In this document: in pieces, positions 32,871-46,420 of the stretch
Numbering within the stretch: the stretch's first letter is position 1
How the letters are laid out: every line of letters starts with the position of its first letter
Assembly: GCA_963827595.1 (NCBI GenBank)
Contig: CAWHBT010000008.1
Location: 89,640 to 153,639, forward strand
Source: an uncultured beta proteobacterium
GTDB taxonomy: Bacteria; Pseudomonadota; Gammaproteobacteria; Burkholderiales; SG8-39
Direction: 5' to 3'
DNA: 64,000 bases
Translations under genes and position numbers: made by a program
The notes under the pieces: model-generated
Told to the model about the DNA's origin: nothing
Seen by the model: only the letters and a program-made list of their open reading frames with translations
Databases searched by the model: none

Positions 32871-34034
32871 CTAGCGCGTCGCGAGCGCGTAGAGATTCCC
32901 GTTCGAGGTCTGCACCAGGAGCCCCGCGCTGCCGAGCGCGACCGGCGCCGCGCGCACCGGGGAGCCGTCGGTCGCGAGGCGTCCGACGAACGCGCCGTTG
33001 TCGCGGCCGAGGAAGTGGACGTACCCCTCGAAGTCTCCGACCGCGATCTCCGCGCCGAGCGGCAGCGGCGCGGAGAGATGTCGATTCGTGAGCTTGTCCT
33101 GCCGCCACAGGCTCCGTCCGCTCGTCCGGTCGAGCGCGGAGACTGCGCCGCGCTCCTCGGCCACGTACACGTAGCGCGCGTCGACCCCCAGCCCGGTGCT
33201 CGAGGACATGTCGCGGCCCCAGATCTGGTTGCCGTTGCCGAGATCGAAGCACGCGACGCGCCCCTGGAACGCCACTGCGCACGCTTCGCGCTCGCCGACC
33301 CAGGGCAGCCCGATCACGTCGGTGACCCGCTCGAGCTCGGTCGTGCCCTTCGGCAACGACACCGTGCCCTCCCACCGCAGTCCGCCGTTGTTGAGCGCCA
33401 GCGCCACGAGCTTCCCGCCGGAGAACCCCGCGAACACGAACCCGCCGCGCACGACCGCGCCGGCCGGACTCCGCACCGCGAGCGGCGGCGCGACCCGCTG
33501 ATAGAGCCACCGCCGTCGCCCGTCGCGCGCGTCGAACGCGAAGATCCGGCTGTCGGCGCTCCGCACGATGACGAGGTCGTCCGTCAGCACCGGTGGTGCG
33601 AGCACTTCGCTCGAGACGCGCGCCCGCCAGAGCGTCCGCCCGCCCTCGTCCAGCGCGATCACCTCGCCTTCCGGAGACCCGACGACGACGAGCCGGCCGT
33701 CGGCGCCCACGCCGCCCGAGAGCCGGGTGGGCAATCGGACCCGCCACACCTCCCGGCCGGTTCCGGCCTCGAGCTCGGTCACCGTGCCGTCCGCGGCAGC
33801 CGCGACCACCCGGTCCCCGGCGACCGCCGGCGTGAAGACCGCGTCCGCCCCGCGTCCGACGCTCGCCTGCCACACGACGCGAGCCTCGATCGGCGTCGCG
33901 ATCGGCTGGAGCGGCGCCGGCGGAGGTGGCTTGGAGCCGAAGAGCCAATCTCCCGGATTCGAGCCGCAGCCGGCGAGCGCGAGCGCGGCCACCGCCGCCG
34001 CCGCCGTGGATACGATCGCGCCGCGCACCGCCAC
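32871..34034 (-). CDS. bamB: Outer-membrane assembly lipoprotein BamB
   Basis: Lipobox LALAGC. Repeated PQQ-like beta-propeller blades. Located between yfgM and der. Confidence 0.88.
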   Translation of the reverse strand: MAVRGAIVSTAAAAVAALALAGCGSNPGDWLFGSKPPPPAPLQPIATPIEARVVWQASVGRGADAVFTPAVAGDRVVAAAADGTVTELEAGTGREVWRVRLPTRLSGGVGADGRLVVVGSPEGEVIALDEGGRTLWRARVSSEVLAPPVLTDDLVIVRSADSRIFAFDARDGRRRWLYQRVAPPLAVRSPAGAVVRGGFVFAGFSGGKLVALALNNGGLRWEGTVSLPKGTTELERVTDVIGLPWVGEREACAVAFQGRVACFDLGNGNQIWGRDMSSSTGLGVDARYVYVAEERGAVSALDRTSGRSLWRQDKLTNRHLSAPLPLGAEIAVGDFEGYVHFLGRDNGAFVGRLATDGSPVRAAPVALGSAGLLVQTSNGNLYALATR

Positions 34035-34036
34035 GC

Positions 34037-34671
34037 TCAGCCGCCGCCCAGCGCGTCGAGCTTGAGCTGGAGCAGCTCGCGGGCGCCGGCGTCGTCCGGT
34101 CGCCCCTTCGCGAGCGCCGCCTGGTAGGCCGCGCGCGCCTCGGCGCGCTTGCCTTGCGCGGCGAGGACATCCCCGCGCAGCGCCTCGAACGGCGCCTCGA
34201 ACGACGGCTCGGGCTTGGCGGCGAGCACCTTCAGGGCCTCGTCGTAGGCCCGGTCGTCGATCAGCACGTTCGCCAGCCGCAGCCGCGCGACCGCGTTCAC
34301 TTCGCCGTCGCGCACGTTATCGACGACCCATTGCAGCTGGGCGCGCGCCGTCTTGAGGTCGCCGGCGCTGAAGTGCACCCGCGCCGAGATGAGCGCGCCG
34401 AGCGCCGCGTAGAGAGTGCGCGGATGATTCTCGATCAGCGTGCCCGCCAGATCCCGCACCTTCTTCGCGTCGTTGGCGGCCGCCGCCTTCTGCAACTCGG
34501 CGTACACGACCCCGGCCTGGGCGGTCTGCGCGGCCTGATACCGGCTCCAGCCGAAGTAGGCGGCGACGACGGCAAGCGCGAGGGATAGTCCCAGCACGAT
34601 CAGGTTGCCGTACTGCTTCCAGAACGCCTTCAGTTCGGCGAGCTGTTCCTGCTCCTCGAGGTCGTACGCGC

Positions 34672-34675
<4 letters not shown>
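34037..34675 (-). CDS. YfgM-like TPR membrane protein
   Basis: 212 aa. N-terminal acidic stretch, one TM ([18 protein letters not shown]) and a TPR-like C-terminus. Conserved hisS-yfgM-bamB order. Confidence 0.75.
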
Positions 34676-35955
<1,280 letters not shown>

Positions 35956-35974
35956 CGTTCGGCTCGCGGCCGTT

Positions 35975-37251
<1,277 letters not shown>

Positions 37252-37255
37252 CGAC

Positions 37256-38068
37256 TCACTTCAGTGTCAGGCGCGCGACGTCGGTGCGCGTGTAGGGCGT
37301 CAGATCGATTTCGGCGTCGTTGTAGCGCAGCTTCACGCCGGCGGCGTTGCCGATGACGAGCGAGAACGGCGCCGCCCCTTCGACTTTCCGGCGCGTACCC
37401 GCCGCATTGAGCTGCGAGAAGACGATCCGCCCCTCGGCGTCCCGGATCTCGACCCACGACTCCTCGGTGAACACCATCTCGATCCGCTTCCCGGTCAGGA
37501 TCGCTTCGCGCAGCTGCGCGGCGGTGTTCTGCTCGACCATCACCACCGATACCGGCGGGGCTTCGGGTGCCGGGGCCGTGACCGGCGCCGCCGGCGCCGG
37601 CGCTGGCGCCCGCTGCGCCGGCCGCGCCGCAGGCTCGGGCGGCGTTTCCGGCCGGAGAATCCATTCGAGGACGACGCTGCCGACCGTGATCACGACGACC
37701 GCCGACAGGAGGAGGTAGACGAACGACCCGCGGCGGGGTTCGCGCGGGAACGGCACGTCCATGGCCTGGGGCCGCATCGCCATGGTGGCAGGCCCCTCGC
37801 TGAGGTCGCGCTGCAGCACCCCGACGAGGGGCTTCGGGTCGAGCCCGACGAGCTTGGCGTAGGCGCGGATCATGCCCTTCACGAGCGTCGGACCGGGCAG
37901 GGCCTCGTAGCGGTCGGCCTCCAGCGCCTCGATCTTCCGCGGCGAGAACTTGAGGCGGAGCGCGACCTCGGTCACGGTCATCCCGCGGGCCTGACGCGCC
38001 GCGGCGAGCGCGCGGCCCGGGCTGGACGGCGCGGGGGCGGCTGCGGTTTCCGGCGGCTGGGTGGACAT
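37256..38068 (-). CDS. rodZ: Cytoskeleton protein RodZ (HTH-XRE plus TM plus C-terminal domain)
   Basis: HTH region [30 protein letters not shown]. One TM segment, a Pro/Ala-rich linker and a C-terminal DUF4115-like beta domain. Confidence 0.82.
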   Translation of the reverse strand: MSTQPPETAAAPAPSSPGRALAAARQARGMTVTEVALRLKFSPRKIEALEADRYEALPGPTLVKGMIRAYAKLVGLDPKPLVGVLQRDLSEGPATMAMRPQAMDVPFPREPRRGSFVYLLLSAVVVITVGSVVLEWILRPETPPEPAARPAQRAPAPAPAAPVTAPAPEAPPVSVVMVEQNTAAQLREAILTGKRIEMVFTEESWVEIRDAEGRIVFSQLNAAGTRRKVEGAAPFSLVIGNAAGVKLRYNDAEIDLTPYTRTDVARLTLK

Positions 38069-38075
38069 GACGCGC

Positions 38076-38885
38076 TCAGTCGTAGTTGCCGCGCTGCAGC
38101 GACTGGAATTCGGCGGTGTTCGGGTAGCGGCGACGCAGTTGCGTGGCGAGGCTCGTCTCGGCCATGCGGTCGCCGAGCTTGCGCTCGATCCGCAGCGCGA
38201 GCCAGAGCGACTCGGCCGTCGGTTCCGGCACGAGCTTGTTGTACCGCCCCATCAGCTCCTTCGCCGGCCGGAGCTGGCCGCGCCGATACAGAATTTCGGC
38301 GTACGGCAGCATCGCCTGCAGGTTGTTGGGATCGATGCGCAGCGCCCGGTCGTAGTACTTCATCGCCTCGGCGGGATCGCGCTTCTGCAGGCAGCGGCCC
38401 GCCGCGGCGAACGACTTCGCCGGGGTCGGGTAGAGGGGACTCTTCACGGCGTTCAAGAACCACTGGATCGACTGGTCCTCCCGCCCCGTCTGGCACAGGA
38501 ACCAGCCGTAGTTGTGGTTCAGGTCCGGATCCTGCGGCGTGAGCTTGAGCCCCCGCTGGAAGCTCGCCTCCGCCGCGCCGTTGTCGCGCAGATCCATGTT
38601 GACCAGCCCCTGGACGTTGTATGCCGGCGCGTAATTGGCGTCGGCCGCGATCGCGATCCGGACCTCTTCGAGGGCGACCCCGACGTTGCCGAGCTCGTAG
38701 TAGGCCGCGGCGAGGTCGGTGTGCGCCTTGGCGCGGGTGCGTCCGTCCTTCACGTCGCCGACGATCGGCCCGTAGTTCGGATCGGTCGGCTGGATCATTT
38801 CGGTGTGCGTCTCGGTCGTCGTGCAGGCCGCGATCAGGCAGCCGGCGAGCGCCGCGAGCAGCCCACCACCGCGCTTCGCCATCAT
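38076..38885 (-). CDS. pilW: Type IV pilus biogenesis/stability TPR lipoprotein PilW
   Basis: Lipobox LAGCLIAAC followed by TPR repeats. Lies between rlmN and rodZ. It is the real tail of the 38076-39740 track ORF. Confidence 0.78.
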   Translation of the reverse strand: MMAKRGGGLLAALAGCLIAACTTTETHTEMIQPTDPNYGPIVGDVKDGRTRAKAHTDLAAAYYELGNVGVALEEVRIAIAADANYAPAYNVQGLVNMDLRDNGAAEASFQRGLKLTPQDPDLNHNYGWFLCQTGREDQSIQWFLNAVKSPLYPTPAKSFAAAGRCLQKRDPAEAMKYYDRALRIDPNNLQAMLPYAEILYRRGQLRPAKELMGRYNKLVPEPTAESLWLALRIERKLGDRMAETSLATQLRRRYPNTAEFQSLQRGNYD

Positions 38886-39976
38886 GCGAGCCTCGCAATG
38901 CGCACCGTCCGGCGCGTCCGGTCCTGGACCTGGCCGGCGAGCTGACCGCAGGCCGCGTCGATGTCGTCGCCCCGCGTCTTGCGCGTGGTGCAGATGATCC
39001 CGGCGGCGAGCAGCCGCTCGGCGAACCTGCGGATCACGTCGGGCGGCGAACGCCGGAACCCGGAGTCCGGGAACGGGTTGAACGGGATCAGGTTGAACTT
39101 GCAGGGCACCTCGGCCGCGATCCCGACCAGCTCGCGCGCGTGCGCGGCGCTGTCGTTGACTCCGTCGAGCATCACGTACTCGAAGGTGATGAAATCGCGC
39201 GGCGAGCGCTCGAGGTAGCGCCGGCACGCCGCCAGCAGCGCCGCGAGCGGGTACTTCTCGTTCACCGGGACGAGGCGGCTGCGCAACTCGTCGTTGGGCG
39301 CATGCAGGCTCACCGCGAGCGCGACCGGGCATTCGTCGCGCAGCCGGTCCATCATCGGCACGATCCCGACGGTCGAGAGGGTGACCCGCCGGCGGGAGAG
39401 GTTGTACGCATGGTCGTCCAGCATGAGCCGCAGCGCCGGCACGACGTTGTCGAAGTTGAGGAGCGGCTCGCCCATGCCCATCAGCACGACGTTGCTGATC
39501 ACCCGGTCTTCGCTGCGCGTCACGCCGGTCGCCGGCGGCCGCAGGGCATTCGCTACCCACCAGAGCTGGCCGACGATCTCGGCGGTGGTGAGATTGCGGT
39601 TGAACCCCTGCCGTCCGGTCGAGCAGAAGTGGCAGGCCATCGTGCACCCGGCCTGCGTCGACACGCAGAGCGTTCCGCGGTTCGCTTCCGGAATGAACAC
39701 GGTCTCCACGGCGTTGCCGGCGCCGACGTCGAGCAGCCACTTCTGGGTGCCGTCGGCGGCCTGGCTCTCGCGGACCAGGCGCGGCGGCGCGACCTCGGCC
39801 GATCCGGCGAGCTTTTCGCGCAGCCCCCGCGCGAGATCGCTCATGCGGGCGAAGTCGGACTCGCCGCAGCGGTGCACCCAGCGCAGCACCTGCTTCGCCC
39901 GGAACGGCTTCTCGCCGAGCGCGGCGAAGAAGCCGGCAAGCGCGTCCGGGTCGAGACCGAGAAGGTTCGTCCGCAT
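38882..39976 (-). CDS. rlmN: Radical-SAM 23S rRNA/tRNA m2A methyltransferase RlmN
   Basis: CxxxCxxC cluster motif [12 protein letters not shown]; 364 aa. Confidence 0.94.
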   Translation of the reverse strand: MRTNLLGLDPDALAGFFAALGEKPFRAKQVLRWVHRCGESDFARMSDLARGLREKLAGSAEVAPPRLVRESQAADGTQKWLLDVGAGNAVETVFIPEANRGTLCVSTQAGCTMACHFCSTGRQGFNRNLTTAEIVGQLWWVANALRPPATGVTRSEDRVISNVVLMGMGEPLLNFDNVVPALRLMLDDHAYNLSRRRVTLSTVGIVPMMDRLRDECPVALAVSLHAPNDELRSRLVPVNEKYPLAALLAACRRYLERSPRDFITFEYVMLDGVNDSAAHARELVGIAAEVPCKFNLIPFNPFPDSGFRRSPPDVIRRFAERLLAAGIICTTRKTRGDDIDAACGQLAGQVQDRTRRTVRIARLA

Positions 39977-39991
39977 CCTCGGCGTGCGCGT

Positions 39992-40417
39992 CTAGCGCGG
40001 GTAGATCTCGTCGGCCGGGAAGAAGAAGGCGATCTCGGTCCGGGCGGTGTCCGGCCCGTCGGAGCCGTGCACCGCGTTGGCGTCGATCGACTCGGCGAAG
40101 TCGGCCCGGATCGTGCTTGGTGCCGCCTGCTTGGGGTCGGTGGCCCCCATCAGCTCACGGTTCTTCGCAATCGCGTTTTCCCCCTGGAGCACTTGCACCA
40201 CGACCGGTCCGGACGTCATGAACTTCACCAGGTCGCGAAAGAACGGCCGCTCGCGGTGGATGGCGTAGAAGCCTTCGGCCTGCCGCTGCGACAGCCACAT
40301 CATCCGCGCCGCGATCACCTTGAGGCCGGCGGCCTCGAAGCGCGCCGAGATCTGCCCGATCGCATTCTTGGCGACCGCGTCAGGCTTGATGATCGACAGC
40401 GTCCGTTCCACCGCCAT
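39992..40417 (-). CDS. ndk: Nucleoside diphosphate kinase
   Basis: [15 protein letters not shown]...NAVHGSD active-site histidine motif; 141 aa. Confidence 0.97.
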   Translation of the reverse strand: MAVERTLSIIKPDAVAKNAIGQISARFEAAGLKVIAARMMWLSQRQAEGFYAIHRERPFFRDLVKFMTSGPVVVQVLQGENAIAKNRELMGATDPKQAAPSTIRADFAESIDANAVHGSDGPDTARTEIAFFFPADEIYPR

Positions 40418-40462
40418 TGTCGCTCCTCTTGCGTGGGGATTCCAAGGAAATAACTTGTTATT

Positions 40463-41851
40463 TTAACATCGCTTTCCGCGTACTGACGGCGCGATGGCAC
40501 CGCGCTGCCACGACAGCACGAAACCCCGCTCGCGCGGACCGGCCTGGAGCGCCGCCGCAACGCCGATCCCCGGCACGAAGGCCAGGGCGCCGCCGCAATA
40601 GACGAGAGGGAGCGCTTCCCGCTCCCACGGCGGAACTCCGGCCTCCTGGAGGAGGTGCTTCAGCGTTCGCCGGGGGCGTCGCGCGTCCGGCTGGAACCGC
40701 TCTCCCCCCGCCCGGACGCGCACCTCGACCGGCCCACGGGCCAGGGCGGCGGCCGAGATCCCGGCGCTCGCCGCCGGCTTGAACCGCAGCACCCCGCCGA
40801 GCTCGGGCAGCGGCCAGCTCCGCCGGCCGTCCCAGCGCGAACGCCAGTCGCGGCGCACCTTCCCGCGCGGCCGGGCGACCACCCATACCGCGTCCCGAAA
40901 GCGTCGGACCTCGACACCCGCCACCACCACCCGCACGACGCCGTCCGCGCGCGCCGTCAGCAGCTGCCGGAGCAGCTCGTCGAGCTGCGCGCTCTCGGGC
41001 GCCACCCCGCCGGCAGTGGACAGCAGCCAGCGCAGGAGGTTCTTGGCGCGCGGCCGAGCCAGCCGGGCGAGCGACGCCAACCGCAGACGTCCGTCCATCG
41101 TCGCGTCGCGCGCGTCGATCTCGGCGAGCGCCTGCATCAGCGCCTCAGCCTCCGCGATGTGCGCCGCGCTGCGCGCGAGGCTCGCCGCCGGATCGGGATG
41201 GAGCTCGCGCAGCAGCGGCATCACGCGCCGGCGAAGCCGGTTGCGTGGCCGCCGCTCGTCGGCGTTGGACTCGTCCTCGACCCACTCGAGACCCTGCTCG
41301 CGCGCGTACGCCTCGATCTCCGCGCGCGTCCCGTCGAGCAGCGGCCGCAACAGCCGCGGCGCGTCGCCGCCCGACTGGTCGCGGATCACCGGCATGGCAG
41401 CGAGCCCCGGCAGTCCCGCGCCGCGCAGGAGCTGCAGCAGCACTGTCTCCGCCTGGTCGTCGCGATGCTGGGCGAGCACCACGAAGTCGGCGTCCGCGCG
41501 CGCGAACGCCGCGTAGCGCGCCGCCCGCGCCGCGCCCTCCAACCCGAGCTTGCGGTACGGCGCAAGATCCACCGCCCTCACCGAACAGCGCAGCCCGTAC
41601 CGTCGCGCCGTCGCGCGCGCGAACCGCGCCCAGCGGCCGGCGTTCGGGCTGATGCCGTGATTGACGTGCAGACAGGACAGCGTGAACGGATGCCCCGGCG
41701 CGAGCCGGGCGAGCAGGTCGAGCGCCGCGACGGAGTCGACGCCGCCCGAGAGCCCGAGGGTCAGCCGGGCGCCATTGGGCACTTGCTCCAGAAGGCGGTG
41801 GCGAACCCGCTCGAGCAGCTCACTTTTCAGTCGCTTCCTTGAACTTGCCAT
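40463..41851 (-). CDS. tilS: tRNA(Ile)-lysidine synthase
   Basis: PP-loop [11 protein letters not shown]; 462 aa. 5' end overlaps the accA 3' end by 32 nt. Confidence 0.9.
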   Translation of the reverse strand: MASSRKRLKSELLERVRHRLLEQVPNGARLTLGLSGGVDSVAALDLLARLAPGHPFTLSCLHVNHGISPNAGRWARFARATARRYGLRCSVRAVDLAPYRKLGLEGAARAARYAAFARADADFVVLAQHRDDQAETVLLQLLRGAGLPGLAAMPVIRDQSGGDAPRLLRPLLDGTRAEIEAYAREQGLEWVEDESNADERRPRNRLRRRVMPLLRELHPDPAASLARSAAHIAEAEALMQALAEIDARDATMDGRLRLASLARLARPRAKNLLRWLLSTAGGVAPESAQLDELLRQLLTARADGVVRVVVAGVEVRRFRDAVWVVARPRGKVRRDWRSRWDGRRSWPLPELGGVLRFKPAASAGISAAALARGPVEVRVRAGGERFQPDARRPRRTLKHLLQEAGVPPWEREALPLVYCGGALAFVPGIGVAAALQAGPRERGFVLSWQRGAIAPSVRGKRC

Positions 41852-42788
41852 AGTCCATCAGCCGCTCGAACCGCGCCTCGACCAGCTCGGCCGGGCGCTT
41901 GTCGGCGAGGCTTCGCAGGGCATCCTGCAGCGCCTTCTTGAGGCTCTGCGCCGCCGCCGCGTGATCGCGATGCGCGCCGCCGGGCGGCTCGGTCACGATC
42001 TTGTCGACGAGCCCCAGCGTCTTCAGCCGGCTGGCGGTGATCCCGAGCGTCTCCGCCGCCTCGGGCGCCATCTCGGCACTCTTCCACAGGATCGAGGCGC
42101 AGCCTTCGGGCGAGATCACCGAGTAGGTCGCATATTGCAGCATCATCACGACGTCGCCCACCGCCATCGCGAGCGCGCCGCCCGAGCCGCCTTCGCCGAT
42201 GATGGTGCTCACCATCGGCACCCGCAGCTCGGCCATCACGTAGAGGCTGCGGCCGATCGCCTCGGCCTGGCCGCGCTCCTCGGCGCCGATCCCGGGATAC
42301 GCGCCCGGCGTGTCGACGAAAGTCACCACCGGCAGCGCGAATTTCTCGGCGAGGTGCATCAGCCGCATCGACTTGCGATAGCCCTCCGGCCGGGGCATGC
42401 CGAAGTTGCGGTAGATCTTCTCCTTCGTGTCGCGGCCTTTCTGATGGCCGATCACCATCACCGGCTGGCCGTTGAACCGCGCGAGCCCGCCGACGATCGA
42501 CGGGTCGTCCGCGAACGACCGGTCGCCGTGCAGCTCCTCGAAGTCGGTGAAGAGCGCCGCGACGTAGTCGAGCGTGTAGGGGCGCTGCGGGTGTCGCGCG
42601 ACCTGCGCGACCTGCCACGGCGAGAGCTTGGAGTAGATGTCCTTGGTCAGCCCCTGGCTCTTCTTCTGCAGGCGCGAGATCTCCTCGGAGATGTCGACCG
42701 CCGAGTCGTCCTGCACGAAGCGCAGCTCGTCGATGCGCGCCTCGAGCTCGGCGATCGGCTGCTCGAAATCGAGAAACGTCGCCTTCAC
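41820..42788 (-). CDS. accA: Acetyl-CoA carboxylase carboxyltransferase alpha subunit
   Basis: [24 protein letters not shown]-terminus and [24 protein letters not shown]. Confidence 0.96.
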   Translation of the reverse strand: MKATFLDFEQPIAELEARIDELRFVQDDSAVDISEEISRLQKKSQGLTKDIYSKLSPWQVAQVARHPQRPYTLDYVAALFTDFEELHGDRSFADDPSIVGGLARFNGQPVMVIGHQKGRDTKEKIYRNFGMPRPEGYRKSMRLMHLAEKFALPVVTFVDTPGAYPGIGAEERGQAEAIGRSLYVMAELRVPMVSTIIGEGGSGGALAMAVGDVVMMLQYATYSVISPEGCASILWKSAEMAPEAAETLGITASRLKTLGLVDKIVTEPPGGAHRDHAAAAQSLKKALQDALRSLADKRPAELVEARFERLMDYGKFKEATEK

Positions 42789-42887
42789 CCTGCCCTCCCG
42801 CCAAGTCCCACCTGGAAGTCGCGGATTCTACTGAAGATTCGAGGTGGAGTCCGGACCGAGCCCGGGCGGGCCGCGCGCCGACCGGCG

Positions 42888-43525
42888 TCAGTATTCCACC
42901 GGCACCGGATCGAGGCTCCGCCACAGGTACCAGGTCGCCACTGAACGCCACGGTTCCCACTGCGCGCCGAGCGCCCGCAGCTCGTCCGCGCCGATGTCCT
43001 GCCGGTCGAAGTAGTGGCGGCCGGCGGCGCGTCGCAGGCCGAGATCGTCGACCGGCAGCACGTTCGGCCGCAGCAGGCTGAACATCAGCAGCATCTCCGC
43101 CGTCCACCGGCCGATCCCGCGAACCTGGACGAGCTCGGCGATCACCGCCTCGTCGTCCATCTGCGGCCAGCGCTCCAGCTGAATCGAGCCGCCGACGAAG
43201 TGGCGCGCGAGGTCGCGCAGATACTCGGCCTTCCGCTCCGAGAGCCCGCACGCGCGGAGGCGGCGCACGCGCAGCGCCAGCGACCGCCTCCGGCGCGAGC
43301 GTCGGGCGCCGCCGCCACGACGCGATCCCACACGCTTTGCGCCGCCTTGACCGAGATCTGCTGCCCGACGATCGCGCGCGCGAGCGTCCGGAACGGATCG
43401 CCCCGGCTCTGCAGCGCGATCCGCGGGTAACTGCGGATGATCCGGCCCAGCACCGCGTCGCGACGGGCGAGCGCGCGCTTCGCGCGCAGCCAGTACTCGG
43501 GCGCGTCCGGCACGCTTCCGGTCAC
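42888..43525 (-). pseudogene. HhH-GPD DNA glycosylase (AlkA/3-methyladenine glycosylase II-like), frame-shifted as assembled
   Basis: GTG 43525 overlaps the upstream stop (GTGA). N-terminal part: PFRTLARAIVGQQISVKAAQSVWDRVVAAA. A third frame gives PTLAPEAVA. C-terminal frame: LRACGLSERKAEYLRDLA...VRGIGRWTAEMLLMF...VLPVDDLGLRR. Span is 638 nt (3n+2), consistent with two extra bases near 43270-43320. Confidence 0.8.
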
Positions 43526-44535
43526 GACGCCGGCCCGACCGGCAGATTGAGCAGCAGGTTCTGGGGTTTCATCCGCACCACGCCGCCCTCGTCCATGCCG
43601 AGCGCCATGTACACCGGCCGGCCGGCCACGTCCTGGCGCATGTCGGCAGGCTCCGCGAAGTCCAGCTTGAACAGCGCCAGCAGCCGAGCGAGCCGCCCGG
43701 CCTCGACCTCCTCGCCGCGCCAGAGGTCGTTCAGCACCCCGGTCGACTGCGCGTCGAGCCCGACGTGCCACCCCCAGCGCCGGTCCTCGATCTGCCGCAG
43801 CGGCGTGACCCGCACCTCGACGGCGAGGAAGTGCCGGACCCAGCGCTCGATGACCCGGCACAGCGCCGCGAGCGCGGCGCGTCCGTGATTCACGCTGATG
43901 ACCAGGTCGTGGCGCTGGTCGCGCTCCCAGTACGTCGCCGCGTTGTCGCTGTCGAGCACGTCGAGGTTCACGGCCCGGGTCGGCAGCTGCGCCTCGACGA
44001 TCAGCCGGCCCAGGCTGCCGTAGGCGCCGCCGGACGCGTGCATCTCGACCGTCTCGAGGTCGGCCAGCATGATCTGCCCCTCGTCGACGCTCGCTTTCTG
44101 CTCGCGGTAGAAGAGCTCGGCGGCGCGCGCCTCGAGCGGATCGTCGATGCCGTCGAGGACGCTGCGCAGAATGATCTGCACGAGCTGGTCGATGAAGAGC
44201 GGCGGCGTGCGGACCTCGGCGTCGAACAGGCGCCGATAGCACGCCTCGAGCGATGCCGCGTCGAGCAGCCGGGTGCGGAACTCGAGCCAGACCCGGTAGT
44301 TGAGCTGCGCATCGCGGTCCTCGATCGACACGAGCTCGGGCTCGGCGACCGCCCGGCGCGGCGCATCGAGGAGCGCCTCGTGCAGCGCGATCTCGTTGGG
44401 CCCCGAGTCCTCGACCGGCCGGATCTCCGGACGCAGGAGATAGGCGCGCAGGAAGTCGTCGGTGACGAGCAACCGGCCAGCGGCGTCCCGCTCCAGGAGA
44501 TGGAAGCCGGAGCTCCGCCAGAAGTCCTGGGCCAT
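43522..44535 (-). CDS. Conserved hypothetical protein (337 aa, no motif recognised)
   Basis: Clean ORF with gene-like codon usage. No TM segment, P-loop or metal motif seen. Coupled to the glycosylase gene by a GTGA overlap and lies 45 nt after the HNH gene. Confidence 0.7.
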   Translation of the reverse strand: MAQDFWRSSGFHLLERDAAGRLLVTDDFLRAYLLRPEIRPVEDSGPNEIALHEALLDAPRRAVAEPELVSIEDRDAQLNYRVWLEFRTRLLDAASLEACYRRLFDAEVRTPPLFIDQLVQIILRSVLDGIDDPLEARAAELFYREQKASVDEGQIMLADLETVEMHASGGAYGSLGRLIVEAQLPTRAVNLDVLDSDNAATYWERDQRHDLVISVNHGRAALAALCRVIERWVRHFLAVEVRVTPLRQIEDRRWGWHVGLDAQSTGVLNDLWRGEEVEAGRLARLLALFKLDFAEPADMRQDVAGRPVYMALGMDEGGVVRMKPQNLLLNLPVGPAS

Positions 44536-44579
44536 GCGGCGATTGCAGTGCGGCGAACCCGGCCCGGGCCCCGCGGCCT

Positions 44580-45173
44580 CTAGCGCGGCGCGAGCGCGAG
44601 CTCGAACACGCGGCTGTGCGACGACACGTGCTGGAGCAGAAACTCCATCTGGTCAGACAGGATCTTGCGATTCGTCAGGATGAGGTACTCGGCCTTGTTC
44701 GGCACGTACGGCACGTAGACCAGCTGGAGGCCCGATTCCTCGGGCGTCCGGTTGCGCTTGATGCCGTTGCAGTGCCGGCACGCGGTGACGACGTTCATCC
44801 ACGAGTCCCGGCCGCCGCGCGACATCGGCACGATGTGGTCGCGCGTGAGCCGCAGGAACGAGAACTCCCCGCCGCAGTACGCGCACACGTGACGATCGCG
44901 CCGGAACAGCTCGCGGTTGTTGAGCGGGGGCACCTGGTTGAAGCCCTTGAGCGCCATCGCCTTGCCCTTGATCGCGATGATCGTGTGGCCGGTGATGCTC
45001 GAGCGCTCGCCGGTCGCGCGCGAGATCCCGCCGTGCGCGGTGAACGCGACGGTGCCGAGCGTCCAGGCGACGAGGTTCTTCGCGTAGTAAAAGCACGCCT
45101 GCTGCCACGGGACCCAGCGGTGCGGGACCCCATGGGAGTCGAGGGTCAGGATCAGGGGTGCTTCCATCGGCAA
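44580..45173 (-). CDS. HNH endonuclease family protein
   Basis: HNH/zinc-ribbon core CAYCGG...DHIVPMSRGG...NVVTACRHCNGIKRNR preceded by an uncharacterised N-terminal domain of about 90 aa. Confidence 0.85.
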   Translation of the reverse strand: MPMEAPLILTLDSHGVPHRWVPWQQACFYYAKNLVAWTLGTVAFTAHGGISRATGERSSITGHTIIAIKGKAMALKGFNQVPPLNNRELFRRDRHVCAYCGGEFSFLRLTRDHIVPMSRGGRDSWMNVVTACRHCNGIKRNRTPEESGLQLVYVPYVPNKAEYLILTNRKILSDQMEFLLQHVSSHSRVFELALAPR

Positions 45174-45247
45174 CGGTGACGCGAAGCGCGGACGCTGCCG
45201 ATTGTGCCTGAAAGATCAGGGGCGTGGCTACTCCCCGTCCCGGGCAG

Positions 45248-46109
45248 TCAATACAGGGCGCTGGAGAGCTTCCGCCGGTATTCGGTCGACCAGTTCGGGC
45301 AGGTCGGAGGCGAGCCCGAACACTTCCACCATCGCCTTGCGGGCGCGCTCGCGCGGTTCGCCACGGCGGTCGCGCGGACCACGTCGAGCAGCGCCTCGAG
45401 CGCCGCGCGGTAATCCCCGTCGGCGACGAGGCGCTCAGCGTAGGCGAGGCGCGCGTCGAGGTCGTCGGGGTGCGCAGCGACACGCGCTTTCAGGGTCGCA
45501 GCGTCGGGGAGGCTCTGGCCTCGCCTCCAGATGCCGATTCTCGCGGCGAGCTTCTCGGCTCGCTCGTCACGCCGGTGCGCCGGGACCGCCTCGAGTGCCG
45601 CGTCGGCACCCGCAAAATCCTGGCGGGCGACGAGCAGCTCGGCGAGATCCGTCCGCGCCGTGTGATTGTCCGCATCGAGCGCCACCGCTTCGCGCAGCTT
45701 CGCCTCCGCGGCCTCGAACTCGCCCCGGGCAACCGCGCTCCGCGCCGCTTGTCGCAGCTTCTCGCTCGGGGACGGCAGCACCGCTTCGAGAAAGCGCCGC
45801 ACCCCCGATTCCGGCAACGCCCCGGTGAACTCGTCGACGACCCGCCCGTCGACGAACGCCTTGACGTTCGGGATCCCGCGGACGCCATAGCGCGTGGCGA
45901 GCCCGGGGTGCTCGTCGATGTTCACCTTGGCGAGCAGGAACTTCCCGCCGTGAGTCCGCAACGACCCGCTCCAGGATCGGCGTGAGCGCGCGGCAGGGGC
46001 CGCACCAGGGGGCCCAGAAGTCCACGAGCACCGGCACCCGCCGCGAGGCCTCGAGCACGTCGTGCTCGAAAGTGGCGGTGGCGGAATCGAACGACGAGGT
46101 CGTCGTCAT
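45248..46109 (-). pseudogene. Thioredoxin-domain plus TPR protein (YbbN/CnoX-like), three frame shifts as assembled
   Basis: Four pieces in order. (1) MTTTSSFD...[26 protein letters not shown]. (2) [33 protein letters not shown]...TPR...ALLDVVR. (3) DRRGEPRERARKAMVEVFGLASDLPELV. (4) TEYRRKLSSALY. Breaks lie near 45945-45958, 45368-45380 and 45284-45292. Confidence 0.85.
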
Positions 46110-46272
46110 GTCCCGGGAATGGGGGCTGCACGGCGGGTCTTCAACTCGCCAGTGACGGAATTTCCGCGGGTTTCTGACGCCGCTGTCGGATTCGGGACAG
46201 CCCGCTGCACGCAAGTCGACCGTTGCCGGGCCGCTGCGGCGCGCATTAGTTCACGCTTGGGGGGCGGTTCGT

Positions 46273-46303
46273 GAAAAAGAAACGGCGGCCGCGAGGGCCG
46301 CCG
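46273..46303 (-). terminator. Rho-independent terminator downstream of the liv operon
   Basis: Minus-sense CGGCGGCCC-tcgc-GGCCGCCG stem-loop followed by TTTCTTTTT. Lies 118 nt after the livF stop. Confidence 0.75.
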
Positions 46304-46420
46304 AAAACACTTTCACCCCAAAGGAGGAGGAAAAAGGCGAAAGCTGCCCGTAGTGCAGCAGATGCCGTGCCAGGTTCACGGCCGGCGCGCCGCGGCTGTG
46401 ACTTGCGTCACGACGGTTCG

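Noticed and set aside
31159-34170. 1003-aa minus-strand ORF overlapping hfq, der and bamB in another frame
   Set aside because: The same strand already encodes three well-recognised genes in other frames. The translation is dominated by R, A, G and P, so it is a shadow ORF.
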